A stretch of DNA of 64,000 nucleotides. Origin: an uncultured Planctomycetaceae bacterium (lineage in GTDB: Bacteria; Planctomycetota; Planctomycetia; Planctomycetales; Planctomycetaceae). The notes below the pieces were generated by a model. That model worked only from the letters and a program-made list of their open reading frames with translations. It searched no databases and was not told the DNA's origin. The DNA is taken from contig CAWFGE010000015.1 of the NCBI GenBank assembly GCA_963815195.1, forward strand, positions 64,001-128,000. Direction: 5' to 3'. Made by a program: the position numbers and the translations under genes. Shown piece after piece: positions 54,020-62,194 of the stretch (position 1 is the first letter of the stretch; the number at the start of each line of letters is the position of its first letter).

Positions 54020-55036
54020 ATGACGGGCGATTCAACTTTCGGGCGGTATTTTTTGGGCATCGACCTGGGCGGCACGAACGTCAAGGCGGGCGTGGTCGAT
54101 GACGGCGGGCATTCCCGCTCCAACGTCAGCCGGCCCACGGAAGCCGCCCGAGGCCCCGAGCACGGCATGCGAAACATCTACCGCGTGGCCGACGAAGCCG
54201 TCGCTTTGAGCGGCGTGAACTGGGACGAAATCGCCGCCATCGGGGTCGCCACGCCCGGCACGATGGACATTCCCGCGGGGATGCTCTTGCACCCGCACAA
54301 CCTGCCCGGCTGGGACGATTTGCCCATCAGGCAACTGGTGTCCGACCAGTTCGGCAAGCCCGCCGTTTTGCAAAACGACGCCAACGCCGCCGCCTATGGC
54401 GAGTATTGGGTCGGGGCCGCCCGCGACGTGCCCAGCCTCGTGTTTTGGACGCTCGGCACCGGCATCGGCAGCGGGATTATCGTCAACGACCTGATTATCG
54501 AAGGCGAGCATTCCTGCGGCTCGGAGTGCGGGCACATCATCATCGACATGGACGGCACCCGCACGTGCGCCACCGGGCAATTCGGCACGCTCGAAGCCTA
54601 TGCGAGCGCCAAATCGCTGATGGCCCGCTGCCGGGAAGCCTTGGACGCCGGCCGCGAATCGATCCTCCGCGATTTGCAAAAGCAAGGCACCGAACTCACG
54701 CCGCTGGTCATCGCCAACGCCGCCGAGCATGGCGACGAATTGGCCGAGGAACTCGTCATGGACACCGCCCGCTACATGGGCATCGGCACAGTGACGATCA
54801 TGCACGCCATCAATCCCACGATGTTCCTCATCGGCGGCGCGATGACGTTCGGCCGGCACGAAACGCCGCTCGGCCGGCGGTTTCTGGAACGCATCCGCCA
54901 GGAAGTCAAAGCCCGCGCGTTTCCCATACCCGCCGCCAAAACGCTGATCGACTTCGCCTCGCTCGGCTCCGACGCCGGCTACATCGGCGCCGCCGGCTGC
55001 GCCCGCCAGGCGATTGCAAGCCGCTCCACGACCTAA
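54020..55036 (+). CDS. ROK family sugar kinase (glucokinase-like)
   Basis: GIDLGGTN, NDANAAAYGE, TLGTGIGSG, ECGH, LEAYAS, AGYIGAA. Confidence 0.92.
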   Translation: MTGDSTFGRYFLGIDLGGTNVKAGVVDDGGHSRSNVSRPTEAARGPEHGMRNIYRVADEAVALSGVNWDEIAAIGVATPGTMDIPAGMLLHPHNLPGWDDLPIRQLVSDQFGKPAVLQNDANAAAYGEYWVGAARDVPSLVFWTLGTGIGSGIIVNDLIIEGEHSCGSECGHIIIDMDGTRTCATGQFGTLEAYASAKSLMARCREALDAGRESILRDLQKQGTELTPLVIANAAEHGDELAEELVMDTARYMGIGTVTIMHAINPTMFLIGGAMTFGRHETPLGRRFLERIRQEVKARAFPIPAAKTLIDFASLGSDAGYIGAAGCARQAIASRSTT

Positions 55037-55158
55037 CGATGGCCGCGGTTGCGCCACGTCTTTTGCCCGCGAAAAATGGATCCCGCTTCCCCTTGCGCCG
55101 TAGGCTTTGCGGGCTTCATCAATCTGACACGTTTAACTCATCAAACTCGAGTAGCCAG

Positions 55159-55281
55159 GTAGGCTCCACTGTGCGGACCATTTTTACTTCGTGGCGCAAA
55201 AAACATTGCAACAACGGGAACACGATTCTGCAAGGCTTTTATGCGACTACGAAGTAAAAATGGTCCGCTGAGCGGACCCTA
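55159..55281. repeat. GTAG-type REP doublet (REPIN-like long hairpin)
   Basis: The left arm GTAGGCTCCACTGTGCGGACCATTTTTACTTCGT... pairs with the right arm ...ACGAAGTAAAAATGGTCCGCTGAGCGGACCCTA over about 50 bp. Confidence 0.8.
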
Positions 55282-55660
55282 GTGCGCCTGTAATCGCATC
55301 GAGTCGGCGGGGTGAAAGTCCCTGCCAAAGTTTGGTTTGAACTTTGTAATCTATGGTAACTGCGTCCTTGCGAAAGGGGGTGGAGAGCAACCGGAAGTGA
55401 ATGGCTGGTCCGTAGGATGACGAACTCGATTCGGCCTGTTGTCGTGGCGAGCCTGCTAGGGAAAGGCGAAGCCCAACTGACGTCGTGCGAAACCCTGCCG
55501 AGTGGGTGCAACCCCGTGAAAGCGTGGCTGCGACGGTAAGCCCGAGGTTTGAAAGCAAACCAAGAACTCGGGTCGGAAGATTCGACGGAAAGCAGGGAGA
55601 CCTGAGCGAGGCATGAGACGGCGTTCATGTGCCGGATTCCGATGTGTTCGGAACCGACCG
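55282..55660 (+). mobile_element. Group II intron 5' fragment (domain I and start of domain II); no RT ORF, DV or DVI
   Basis: Starts GTGCG; GGGGTGAAAGTCCC; GTAACTGCGTC...GGTGGAGAGCAACCGGAAG; CCGTAGGATGACGAACT; EBS1 loop GCCT-GCTAGGGAA-AGGC; DI/DII boundary GCAGGGAGACCTG. Confidence 0.85.
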
Positions 55661-56397
55661 GTACCGTTTTCTTTCGGGGGCCGGCTTGTCCAATGATCGA
55701 AGAGGGAACGACACCCGTTGAGATCAAGGAAGGCCAGCGGAGTGTCGGCATGGTCTCTCTTCAGAGACTTCACCTGTGACTGTCGCTGCACTTTCGTTGA
55801 TGGTGCGACTCTCTGAGCTCCATCGGTTTCGATAAAGCGGTCGTAAGCATCAAGGGCTTCATGGAATGTCCCGGCCGCAGGGTTTTCCGGGGCTTGAGCC
55901 TTCATCATCCGCGCCTGCCAACGCGCTTGAACGTCGAACATGACCCGCCCAAGTTCGAGGGCGGCATGCCCCGACTTGTCATCGGGCAGAACTCAATTCA
56001 CGCTTGGGTAATGCCGGGAGGAGATCGTGTGGCTCCAGACCATTGCGAACGGTTCGTGGTCGGGCCATTCGGAGTCGTATGGCCCGATGTCGTAGGCTTC
56101 GCCAGCGGCCTCATTGACGTCGTGGGGCGATGGAATGGGAACGTGGGTGAATCCTTGCTGGATGAGCTTGGCGGCGTGGAGGGCCGCATCGGTCCAGCTT
56201 GCCGGTTGGTCGCCGTAGTGCTGCCGGATGGCGACGCTCTCCCGGTAAACCTGTTGGATGCGATCGCGCCTCCGTTCAGCTTCGGCGTGGTCAGAGCCGA
56301 GATTGAAGCGTTGCTGTTTTCCGTCTTTGCGAACGCCGAATTATGGGCGATAATCGCCTCTCGGATCGGGTTTCAGGGTCGTTCGTCGAGTTGCCAC
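55661..56397 (-). pseudogene. Truncated integrase-like (tyrosine recombinase N-terminal) pseudogene
   Basis: GGAG RBS and GTG start give MATRRTTLKPDPRGDYRP*FGVRKDGKQQRFNLGSDHAEAERR...PSVN*VLPD...TFHEALDAY...DHWTSRP. In-frame stops lie at 56341-56343 and 55993-55995. It is adjacent to the att fragment and lacks a catalytic domain. Confidence 0.6.
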
Positions 56398-56410
56398 CTT
56401 GCACTTCTCC

Positions 56411-56482
56411 GGTCAGATTGCGAAGGGGATTCTACCGTGATTATCTGACCAAGAGGCAGGGCAATCTGACCCATGCCTGACC
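56411..56482. promoter_or_regulatory. Cluster of (GCAAT)CTGACC repeats, candidate arm-type integrase binding sites
   Basis: GGTCAGATTGC (56411) is the reverse complement of GCAATCTGACC (56461). ATCTGACC occurs at 56443 and CTGACC at 56477. Confidence 0.5.
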
Positions 56483-56544
56483 GGGTAGCTGGCCAGTCGG
56501 CTTCCTAGAACAGCTGGAAGCAGGGGCGTTTTCGGTGCAAGTGT

Positions 56545-56582
56545 AAAAAGAAACCCGACTTGAGGTGATCCTCAAATCGGGT
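56545..56582 (-). terminator. Intrinsic terminator following the tRNA 3' fragment
   Basis: Minus strand reads ACCCGATTTGAGG-ATCA-CCTCAAGTCGGGT-TTCTTTTT. Confidence 0.75.
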
Positions 56583-56598
56583 AAGTGGAGTCAAGAAG

Positions 56599-56620
56599 TG
56601 GAGGATAGGGGACTCGAACC
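56599..56620 (-). other. tRNA 3'-end fragment (probably tRNA-Ala), att core of an integrative element
   Basis: Minus strand GGTTCGAGTCCCCTATCCTCCA gives the T-loop, 3' T-stem, acceptor 3' strand with T70, and discriminator A. The 5' half is absent. Confidence 0.75.
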
Positions 56621-56858
56621 ATCCGGGGAAAACAAGGCAAAAACGCCAATTTCCAAAAAAATGCTGCAAAATCCGATGCAGTTGCGGAGCGTGACGATAA
56701 TCCTCCTATTTCTCGCGCGCCTCTTAAAATCTCCACCTCTGATGCCGCCGAGCAATTCACCACCGTTACCAACGCCTGGCCACATCTCACGGCGGAGATT
56801 CGCTCAGCCATTCTCGCCATCGTCCAATCCGCCGCCCAAGTGGAAAAGGAGCGGACCA

Positions 56859-57870
56859 ATGGCTGAGACTTCCAATTCATCCCGTCGTCCGCTCTCCACC
56901 TGGGAATTCCCGAAACTCGCGACCTCCGTACACAAATATCGAAAGTCGATACCCCGATCGGCAAAAATCCGCGGGCACTACGCAGCCATCCTGGCGTTCG
57001 TTTATCGCAACCGATTCGCAACGGCGAACCAGGTGCAGCGGCGATTCTGCAAGTTCCTTAAATCGGATCGCACCACCCGCCGGCATTTGGCGGAGATGGA
57101 ATTGTTGGGTTTCTTGGATGTCCAGCCCGTGAATTCGATCAGTCCCCTCCTCCCGAAAATCTTCTTCGTCACCGCCAAGGGGCGGCGACATCTGAAGACC
57201 GCATTTGCCAAACAGGGCAAGGCTTGGGAGGAAGCCGCCTTCGATCGGCGGCGAACTGCGGGTCAATCTTTCGTGCACGTTTGGCACGAAATTGCCGCCA
57301 CGGAATTCCTGCTTTCTGTCTGGGAGGCAACTCAATCCCAACCCGTTTGGGAATTAGTGCGCTTTGGAGCGGCGATCGCTAAGAACGCACCCAGCCTTTG
57401 AGATCAACCGGTCTGGGCATCACCGCCTCGTACCGGACGGTCTCATTCTGATCCGTCATCCGAAGGGCATGATTCTCAGCTTCCTGGAAATCGATACGGG
57501 CACGGAAAGTCCTCGTCAATTGGCAAGAAAACTAGAAAGCTATCTGATTTGGGCCGAATCTCCCATTGGCCGAGATTACATCTGCGAAATGTACCGCCAC
57601 GCAGGTGCCGCAAACCCTCAACCAAACTTTCGGCTGCTGTTCGTGATTGCTCCCAAAGTCACCGGGAGCGAAGAAAATCGGCTGGAAACCTTTCATCAAT
57701 TGATAGAAACCGAATCGGCTGCGCTACAACAACGCCTCTGGTACACGCCAGTCGATCATTTGCGAATCACCAACCCGATCAACTTGCTGACGGCACCGAT
57801 TTGGTTTCGTGGTCGAGATGTTCGGGGATTATGCAGCCAGAGTCCCAAACACCCGTTTTTCACGCCGTAG
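56859..57870 (+). CDS. Replication-relaxation (Replic_Relax) family protein, frameshift at ~57363-57367
   Basis: AAGGAG RBS; wHTH-like RFATANQVQRRF...TRRHLAEM...FFVTAKG; HEI; PD-(D/E)xK-like VPDG...FLEIDTGTE...KLESY. Confidence 0.8.
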
Positions 57871-57960
57871 CTTGAGGTCGGTTCGAGCGAGCCGAAGACT
57901 TTTGCAGTTTGCACTTCACTTCAACCAACGTCCCCAAACCAAAGTGAAAGGATCCAAGCC

Positions 57961-58188
57961 ATGATGTCTTTACCGGAAATCATCAGTCTCAACGAGAAAG
58001 CGGCTGCATCCGCAAAAATGACCCACCAGCAACGTCCCCGAGAAGCCGTTGTCCAAAGCCAAGACCAAGCCGGTTTTGAAATCATTTGTCCCAACGGCTG
58101 TCGGGTGACGCTTCCGGCGGAGTTTGATCCAACCGTGTTGCAGGGGCTTCTCCGCTTGCTTAGCGAATTGAATTTGACAAGCCCTTAA
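57961..58188 (+). CDS. Small protein resembling the IS66 TnpA C-terminus (possible remnant)
   Basis: FEIICPNGCRVTLPAEFDPTVLQGLLRLL resembles the IS66 TnpA tail; AAAGGA RBS; no tnpB or tnpC nearby. Confidence 0.5.
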   Translation: MMSLPEIISLNEKAAASAKMTHQQRPREAVVQSQDQAGFEIICPNGCRVTLPAEFDPTVLQGLLRLLSELNLTSP

Positions 58189-58340
58189 CATGACGAGAAA
58201 GGATCTCGATTGTGAGTTGTCCACGAATTATTTGACGATCAGCCGCTTTCTCTGAAAAAGTGGCTCTGGTGACGAAGCAAACGAATCCGGCCATCTTGGT
58301 CCCGCGCATTGCTTTTTTCTTCTTGAACGCCAACGCCAAC

Positions 58341-61300
58341 TTATTGGGGCTTATCCAGCGCGGCGCGGACTTTTGTGGCGAACTCGGCGGGCGTGAAGGG
58401 TTTTTGCAGATAATTGACTTCGCTGTTGAGCACCCCGTGGCGCAGCACCGTGTCGTCGGTGTAACCGCTGAGGAACAGCACCCGCATGCCGGGGTCGCGG
58501 TTTAACATCCATTCGGCAATTTGGGGGCCGCTCTCCCGCGGCATGACGACGTCCGTGACGAGCAATTGGATCGGCGGACGCGATGTGTCGGCGTGGGATT
58601 CCACGAGCCGCCTCGCCTCCGTTCCATCCGCCGCATCGAGAATGGTGTAGCCCAAGCGTTCCAAGAGATGTTTTTCAAGGCTTCGCACGCCGTCTTCGTC
58701 TTCCACCAAGAGGATGGTCTCCGTGCCCTTGGGCAGATCGTGCGGATCGGCTGGCTCGTCGACGCGCGGCTCTGGGGTATGCAGGCGAGGCAGGAGGATT
58801 TTGAAGGTCGATCCGGCGCCCGGCTCGCTGACCACCTCCAAATGCCCGTCGGATTGCATGACGATGCCGTGCACGACCGACAAGCCCAGTCCCGTTCCGC
58901 CGCCGTCTTTTTTTGTGGTGTAGAAGGGCTCGAAAATCTGCGCTTGCACGTCGGGACTCATGCCGCAGCCCGTGTCCTTCACGCTGAGCATCACATAAGA
59001 ACCAGGTTCACGATCCGGTCGAGTGCGGGCATCCTCTTGGCTCCACTCCACGTTTTGGGTCTCGATGGTCAACTTTCCGCCCGTGGGCATGGCGTCACGG
59101 GCATTGACGGCCAGATTGAGCAGGATTTGCTCGAGTTGCCCGGCGTCCGCCTTCACCGGCCGCAAATCGGGCGCCAGGCTCGCGGCGAATTCAATGTGTT
59201 CGCCGATCAACCGCTTGAGCATCTTTTCCATTTGGGAAACGACGGCGTTCACGTCGAGGACTTCCATCGCGAGCATCTGCCGGCGGCTGAAAGCCAGGAG
59301 TTGCCGGGTGAGATTGGCCGAGCGTTCGCCGGCTTTGCGAATCTCGTCGAGAGGTTCCCAAAACGCATGTTCGGGAGAGGTTTCCTCCAGGAGCACGCTC
59401 GTGTACCCGTTGATGATCGTCAACAGGTTGTTGAAGTCATGTGCAATTCCCCCGGCCAATTGGCCGATGGCTTCCATTTTTTGAGACAACCGGAATTGTT
59501 CTTCCAACTGCCGGCGCTCGGACACGTCATTTTGCACGCCGACGAAATGGGCAAGTTTTCCGTTCTCATCCCGAACCGGGGAAATAGAAAGCCGATTCCA
59601 GAACGGAGTGCCGTCTTTTCGATAATTCAACAATTCGACCGACACAGGCTGACCCACGGCGACGGCTTCGCGGACTCGTTTCCGGGTGTCGGGATCGGTG
59701 TCCGGTCCTTGGAGAAATCGGCAGTTTCGTCCCAGGATTTCCGAGGCGGAATAGCCTGTCAGCCGCTCAAATCCCGGACTGACGTAGATGATGGGGTTAT
59801 CGGGCTGGAGTGGGTCGGTGATGATGATCCCTTCCGTCGCCGCCTGGACGGCCCGGTCCCGCAGCCGCAGCGTCTCTTCGGCCTCTTTCCGTTCGGTGAT
59901 GTCGCGGGAAATTCCGATCAACCCGGCAACGCGGCCCTCGGAATCCCGGAACGGGGCCTTGGTTGCCAAATAAATGCGGCGGACGCCTGCGGCGGTCAAC
60001 GGCTCTTCCTCCGTCTCGGCCTGCCCTGATTCCATGATTCGGCGATCGCGATCCATTACAAACCGGGCGTCTTCCGGTCCGAACAATGCGGTGTCGTCCC
60101 GGCCGATCACCTCTTCGACCGGCCGGCCGACAAACCTTGCCGCCGCCTCGTTGAATAGCAAGTATCGACCCTGCCGGTCTTTCACGAACACGGCATCGGT
60201 CGTGTTCTTCGCCACGGTATTCAAGAGTTCGCCGGTCCGCTTCAGTTTTTCTTCAGAGAGTTTCAGATCGTCGATGTCGGTCCAGGTTCCAATCCACCGC
60301 CGAGTCGACCCATCTTCGCCTCGTAAAGGCAGGGCTTTCGCGAGATACCACCGGTAGCTCTCATCCGCCGTGCGGACGCGATATTCATTCCAGTATTCGC
60401 CGCCGTCCGAGACGATGGCCGCCTGCCAGGCTTCGCGTGCAGTCTCCCGGTCCTCGGGATGCACGAGGTCGAGCCAATTCCAACCGAAGATCGATTTGGC
60501 GGGAATTCCCAAGCGTTCCTCGGCCCGGCTGTTGAGGTAATCCACTTCCCCAGCGGCGTCCGTCATCCAAACCATGTTCGGAATCGATTCGACGAGCATG
60601 CGATAGCGGTGCTCGCTGGCCCTTAGAGTCTCTTCGGCCTGTTTCCGCTCACTAATGTCGTGAGCGATGCCCATGACGCCCAGCACCTGACCTTCACGAT
60701 CGACGATGCGGGACACTCGCGCATCGACCCAAACCCGCGAACCGTCTTTCCGCCAGTCCTGGTATTCTCCGTTCCACTCCCTGCTTTCGGCGATCTTTTG
60801 AATAGTCTCGGCGATCCAGGCGCGTTCGGACTCGGGAAACCGCTCGATCAAAGGCCGGCCCAGCATTTCCTCCACCGTCCATCCGAACACACGCGTGGCC
60901 CCATCATTCCAATACGTGACAATGCCATTGGGATCGGTCACGATCACCGAATCGCGGACGTTGGACAAGAGCAGCGAATCGCGGGCCCGCGTTTGTTCCG
61001 CGCGTTTCTGCTGCGTGAGATCGCGATGGATTCGCGACAAGCCGATGATCTGCCCATCCGCCGAGCAAATGGGAGAGATTTTAACCAGGACGGAGAACCT
61101 GCTGCCGTCCTTGCGAATCCGGACCGATTCGAACTGCTCCGCGCGGCCCGTTCGCAAAATGTGGTCGACTTTCTGCGTATGCTCAGCTTGGTCCTCCGTG
61201 GACATCAGAAGCGAAACGGGATGCCCAACGATTTCGGAGTTGGACCAACCGTAAAGGGCCTGGGCGGCGGGGTTCCAATCCTCGATGATTCCCGCTGGCG

Positions 61301-61742
61301 ACGTTTCAATGAGCGCATCCTCCGTGGATTGGACGATTGGAGCCAATCTCCTGGAAAGACGCCCGCTTTCCGCCTGGCGCAGTTCGCGGCCGACGGCCAG
61401 CGGCAACCGGGCCAGGTTTTGCTTGAGCACAAAATCGCTGGCCCCGCCTCGCATCAGGTCCACCGCGGTTTCCTCCCCGATGGCTCCCGAAACGATAATG
61501 ATCGGCAGATCGGCATCCCAGGCCCGGACAATTTCCAGCACCGCTTCCCCGCTGAAGCCTGGCATCTGGTAATCGGAGATGACAATGTCCCAGGTTTGGA
61601 TTTTCAAGGCCGACTGAAGTGCCGCTCCGCTCTGCACGCGCTTCCAATCCGGGGCAAAGCCTTCCCGGCGAAGGCGATGGATCAGCAGTTCCGCATCGTC
61701 GGCATCGTCCTCAACGAGCAAGAGCCGGATGGGTTGGAACAT
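58341..61742 (-). CDS. Hybrid sensor histidine kinase: REC, 4 PAS, LOV, HisKA, HATPase, REC
   Basis: LLVEDD, multiple PAS/PAC motifs (DITERK), LOV GRNCRFLQG, AGGIAHDFNNLL, NLAVNARDAM, GTGLGLS, C-terminal receiver. Confidence 0.95.
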   Translation of the reverse strand: MFQPIRLLLVEDDADDAELLIHRLRREGFAPDWKRVQSGAALQSALKIQTWDIVISDYQMPGFSGEAVLEIVRAWDADLPIIIVSGAIGEETAVDLMRGGASDFVLKQNLARLPLAVGRELRQAESGRLSRRLAPIVQSTEDALIETSPAGIIEDWNPAAQALYGWSNSEIVGHPVSLLMSTEDQAEHTQKVDHILRTGRAEQFESVRIRKDGSRFSVLVKISPICSADGQIIGLSRIHRDLTQQKRAEQTRARDSLLLSNVRDSVIVTDPNGIVTYWNDGATRVFGWTVEEMLGRPLIERFPESERAWIAETIQKIAESREWNGEYQDWRKDGSRVWVDARVSRIVDREGQVLGVMGIAHDISERKQAEETLRASEHRYRMLVESIPNMVWMTDAAGEVDYLNSRAEERLGIPAKSIFGWNWLDLVHPEDRETAREAWQAAIVSDGGEYWNEYRVRTADESYRWYLAKALPLRGEDGSTRRWIGTWTDIDDLKLSEEKLKRTGELLNTVAKNTTDAVFVKDRQGRYLLFNEAAARFVGRPVEEVIGRDDTALFGPEDARFVMDRDRRIMESGQAETEEEPLTAAGVRRIYLATKAPFRDSEGRVAGLIGISRDITERKEAEETLRLRDRAVQAATEGIIITDPLQPDNPIIYVSPGFERLTGYSASEILGRNCRFLQGPDTDPDTRKRVREAVAVGQPVSVELLNYRKDGTPFWNRLSISPVRDENGKLAHFVGVQNDVSERRQLEEQFRLSQKMEAIGQLAGGIAHDFNNLLTIINGYTSVLLEETSPEHAFWEPLDEIRKAGERSANLTRQLLAFSRRQMLAMEVLDVNAVVSQMEKMLKRLIGEHIEFAASLAPDLRPVKADAGQLEQILLNLAVNARDAMPTGGKLTIETQNVEWSQEDARTRPDREPGSYVMLSVKDTGCGMSPDVQAQIFEPFYTTKKDGGGTGLGLSVVHGIVMQSDGHLEVVSEPGAGSTFKILLPRLHTPEPRVDEPADPHDLPKGTETILLVEDEDGVRSLEKHLLERLGYTILDAADGTEARRLVESHADTSRPPIQLLVTDVVMPRESGPQIAEWMLNRDPGMRVLFLSGYTDDTVLRHGVLNSEVNYLQKPFTPAEFATKVRAALDKPQ

Positions 61743-61753
61743 AAAACTTCGCC

Positions 61754-62194
61754 CTATACCGGCGGGGGTTCGTTGAGGACCAGCCAATACATCTGAAGCT
61801 GGTTCACCGCTTCCACAAATTGTTGGAAGTCCACGGGCTTGCGGATATACGAGTTGGCTCCCAAATCGTAACTCCGCATAAGATCTTCGTCCTCGCGGGA
61901 AGAGGTCAGGATCACAACGGGCAGCCGCCGGGTACGGCTCTCCGAACGCAGCTTTTGCAACACTTCCAGCCCATCGACTTTTGGCAACTTCAAATCGAGA
62001 AGCACCATCTGGGGCAAGGACACGGGATCGCGGTCGGCATATGCCCCGGTCGCAAACAAATAATCCAAGGCCTCGGCCCCGTCCTGGACGACGACGACCT
62101 CGTTCGCGACCTGGCCTTTCTTTAGCGCCAACAGGGCGAGTTCCTCATCGTCGGGATTGTCCTCCACCAATAAGATGACTTGCGGCTTCGCCAT
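61754..62194 (-). CDS. Single-domain response regulator (Rcp1-like)
   Basis: ILLVEDNPDD, LLDLKLPKVDG, VILTSS, YDLGANSYIRKP. Confidence 0.93.
   Translation of the reverse strand: MAKPQVILLVEDNPDDEELALLALKKGQVANEVVVVQDGAEALDYLFATGAYADRDPVSLPQMVLLDLKLPKVDGLEVLQKLRSESRTRRLPVVILTSSREDEDLMRSYDLGANSYIRKPVDFQQFVEAVNQLQMYWLVLNEPPPV

Noticed and set aside
55282..55660. Active intron, retron or diversity-generating retroelement
   Set aside because: There is no reverse transcriptase ORF, catalytic domain V or TR/VR pair in the window.
55239..55751. Minus-strand ORFs 55239-55751 and 55247-55558 as real proteins
   Set aside because: They are antisense translations of the group II intron RNA.
56565..56650. 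Complete tRNA gene at the island boundary
   Set aside because: Only the 3' 22 nt are tRNA-like; no anticodon arm or D arm is present.
160..57870. Programmed frameshifting or phase variation in the split genes
   Set aside because: The runs are only 2-4 nt, there are no slippery heptamers with downstream structure, and unrelated housekeeping genes are affected. Sequencing error is more parsimonious.
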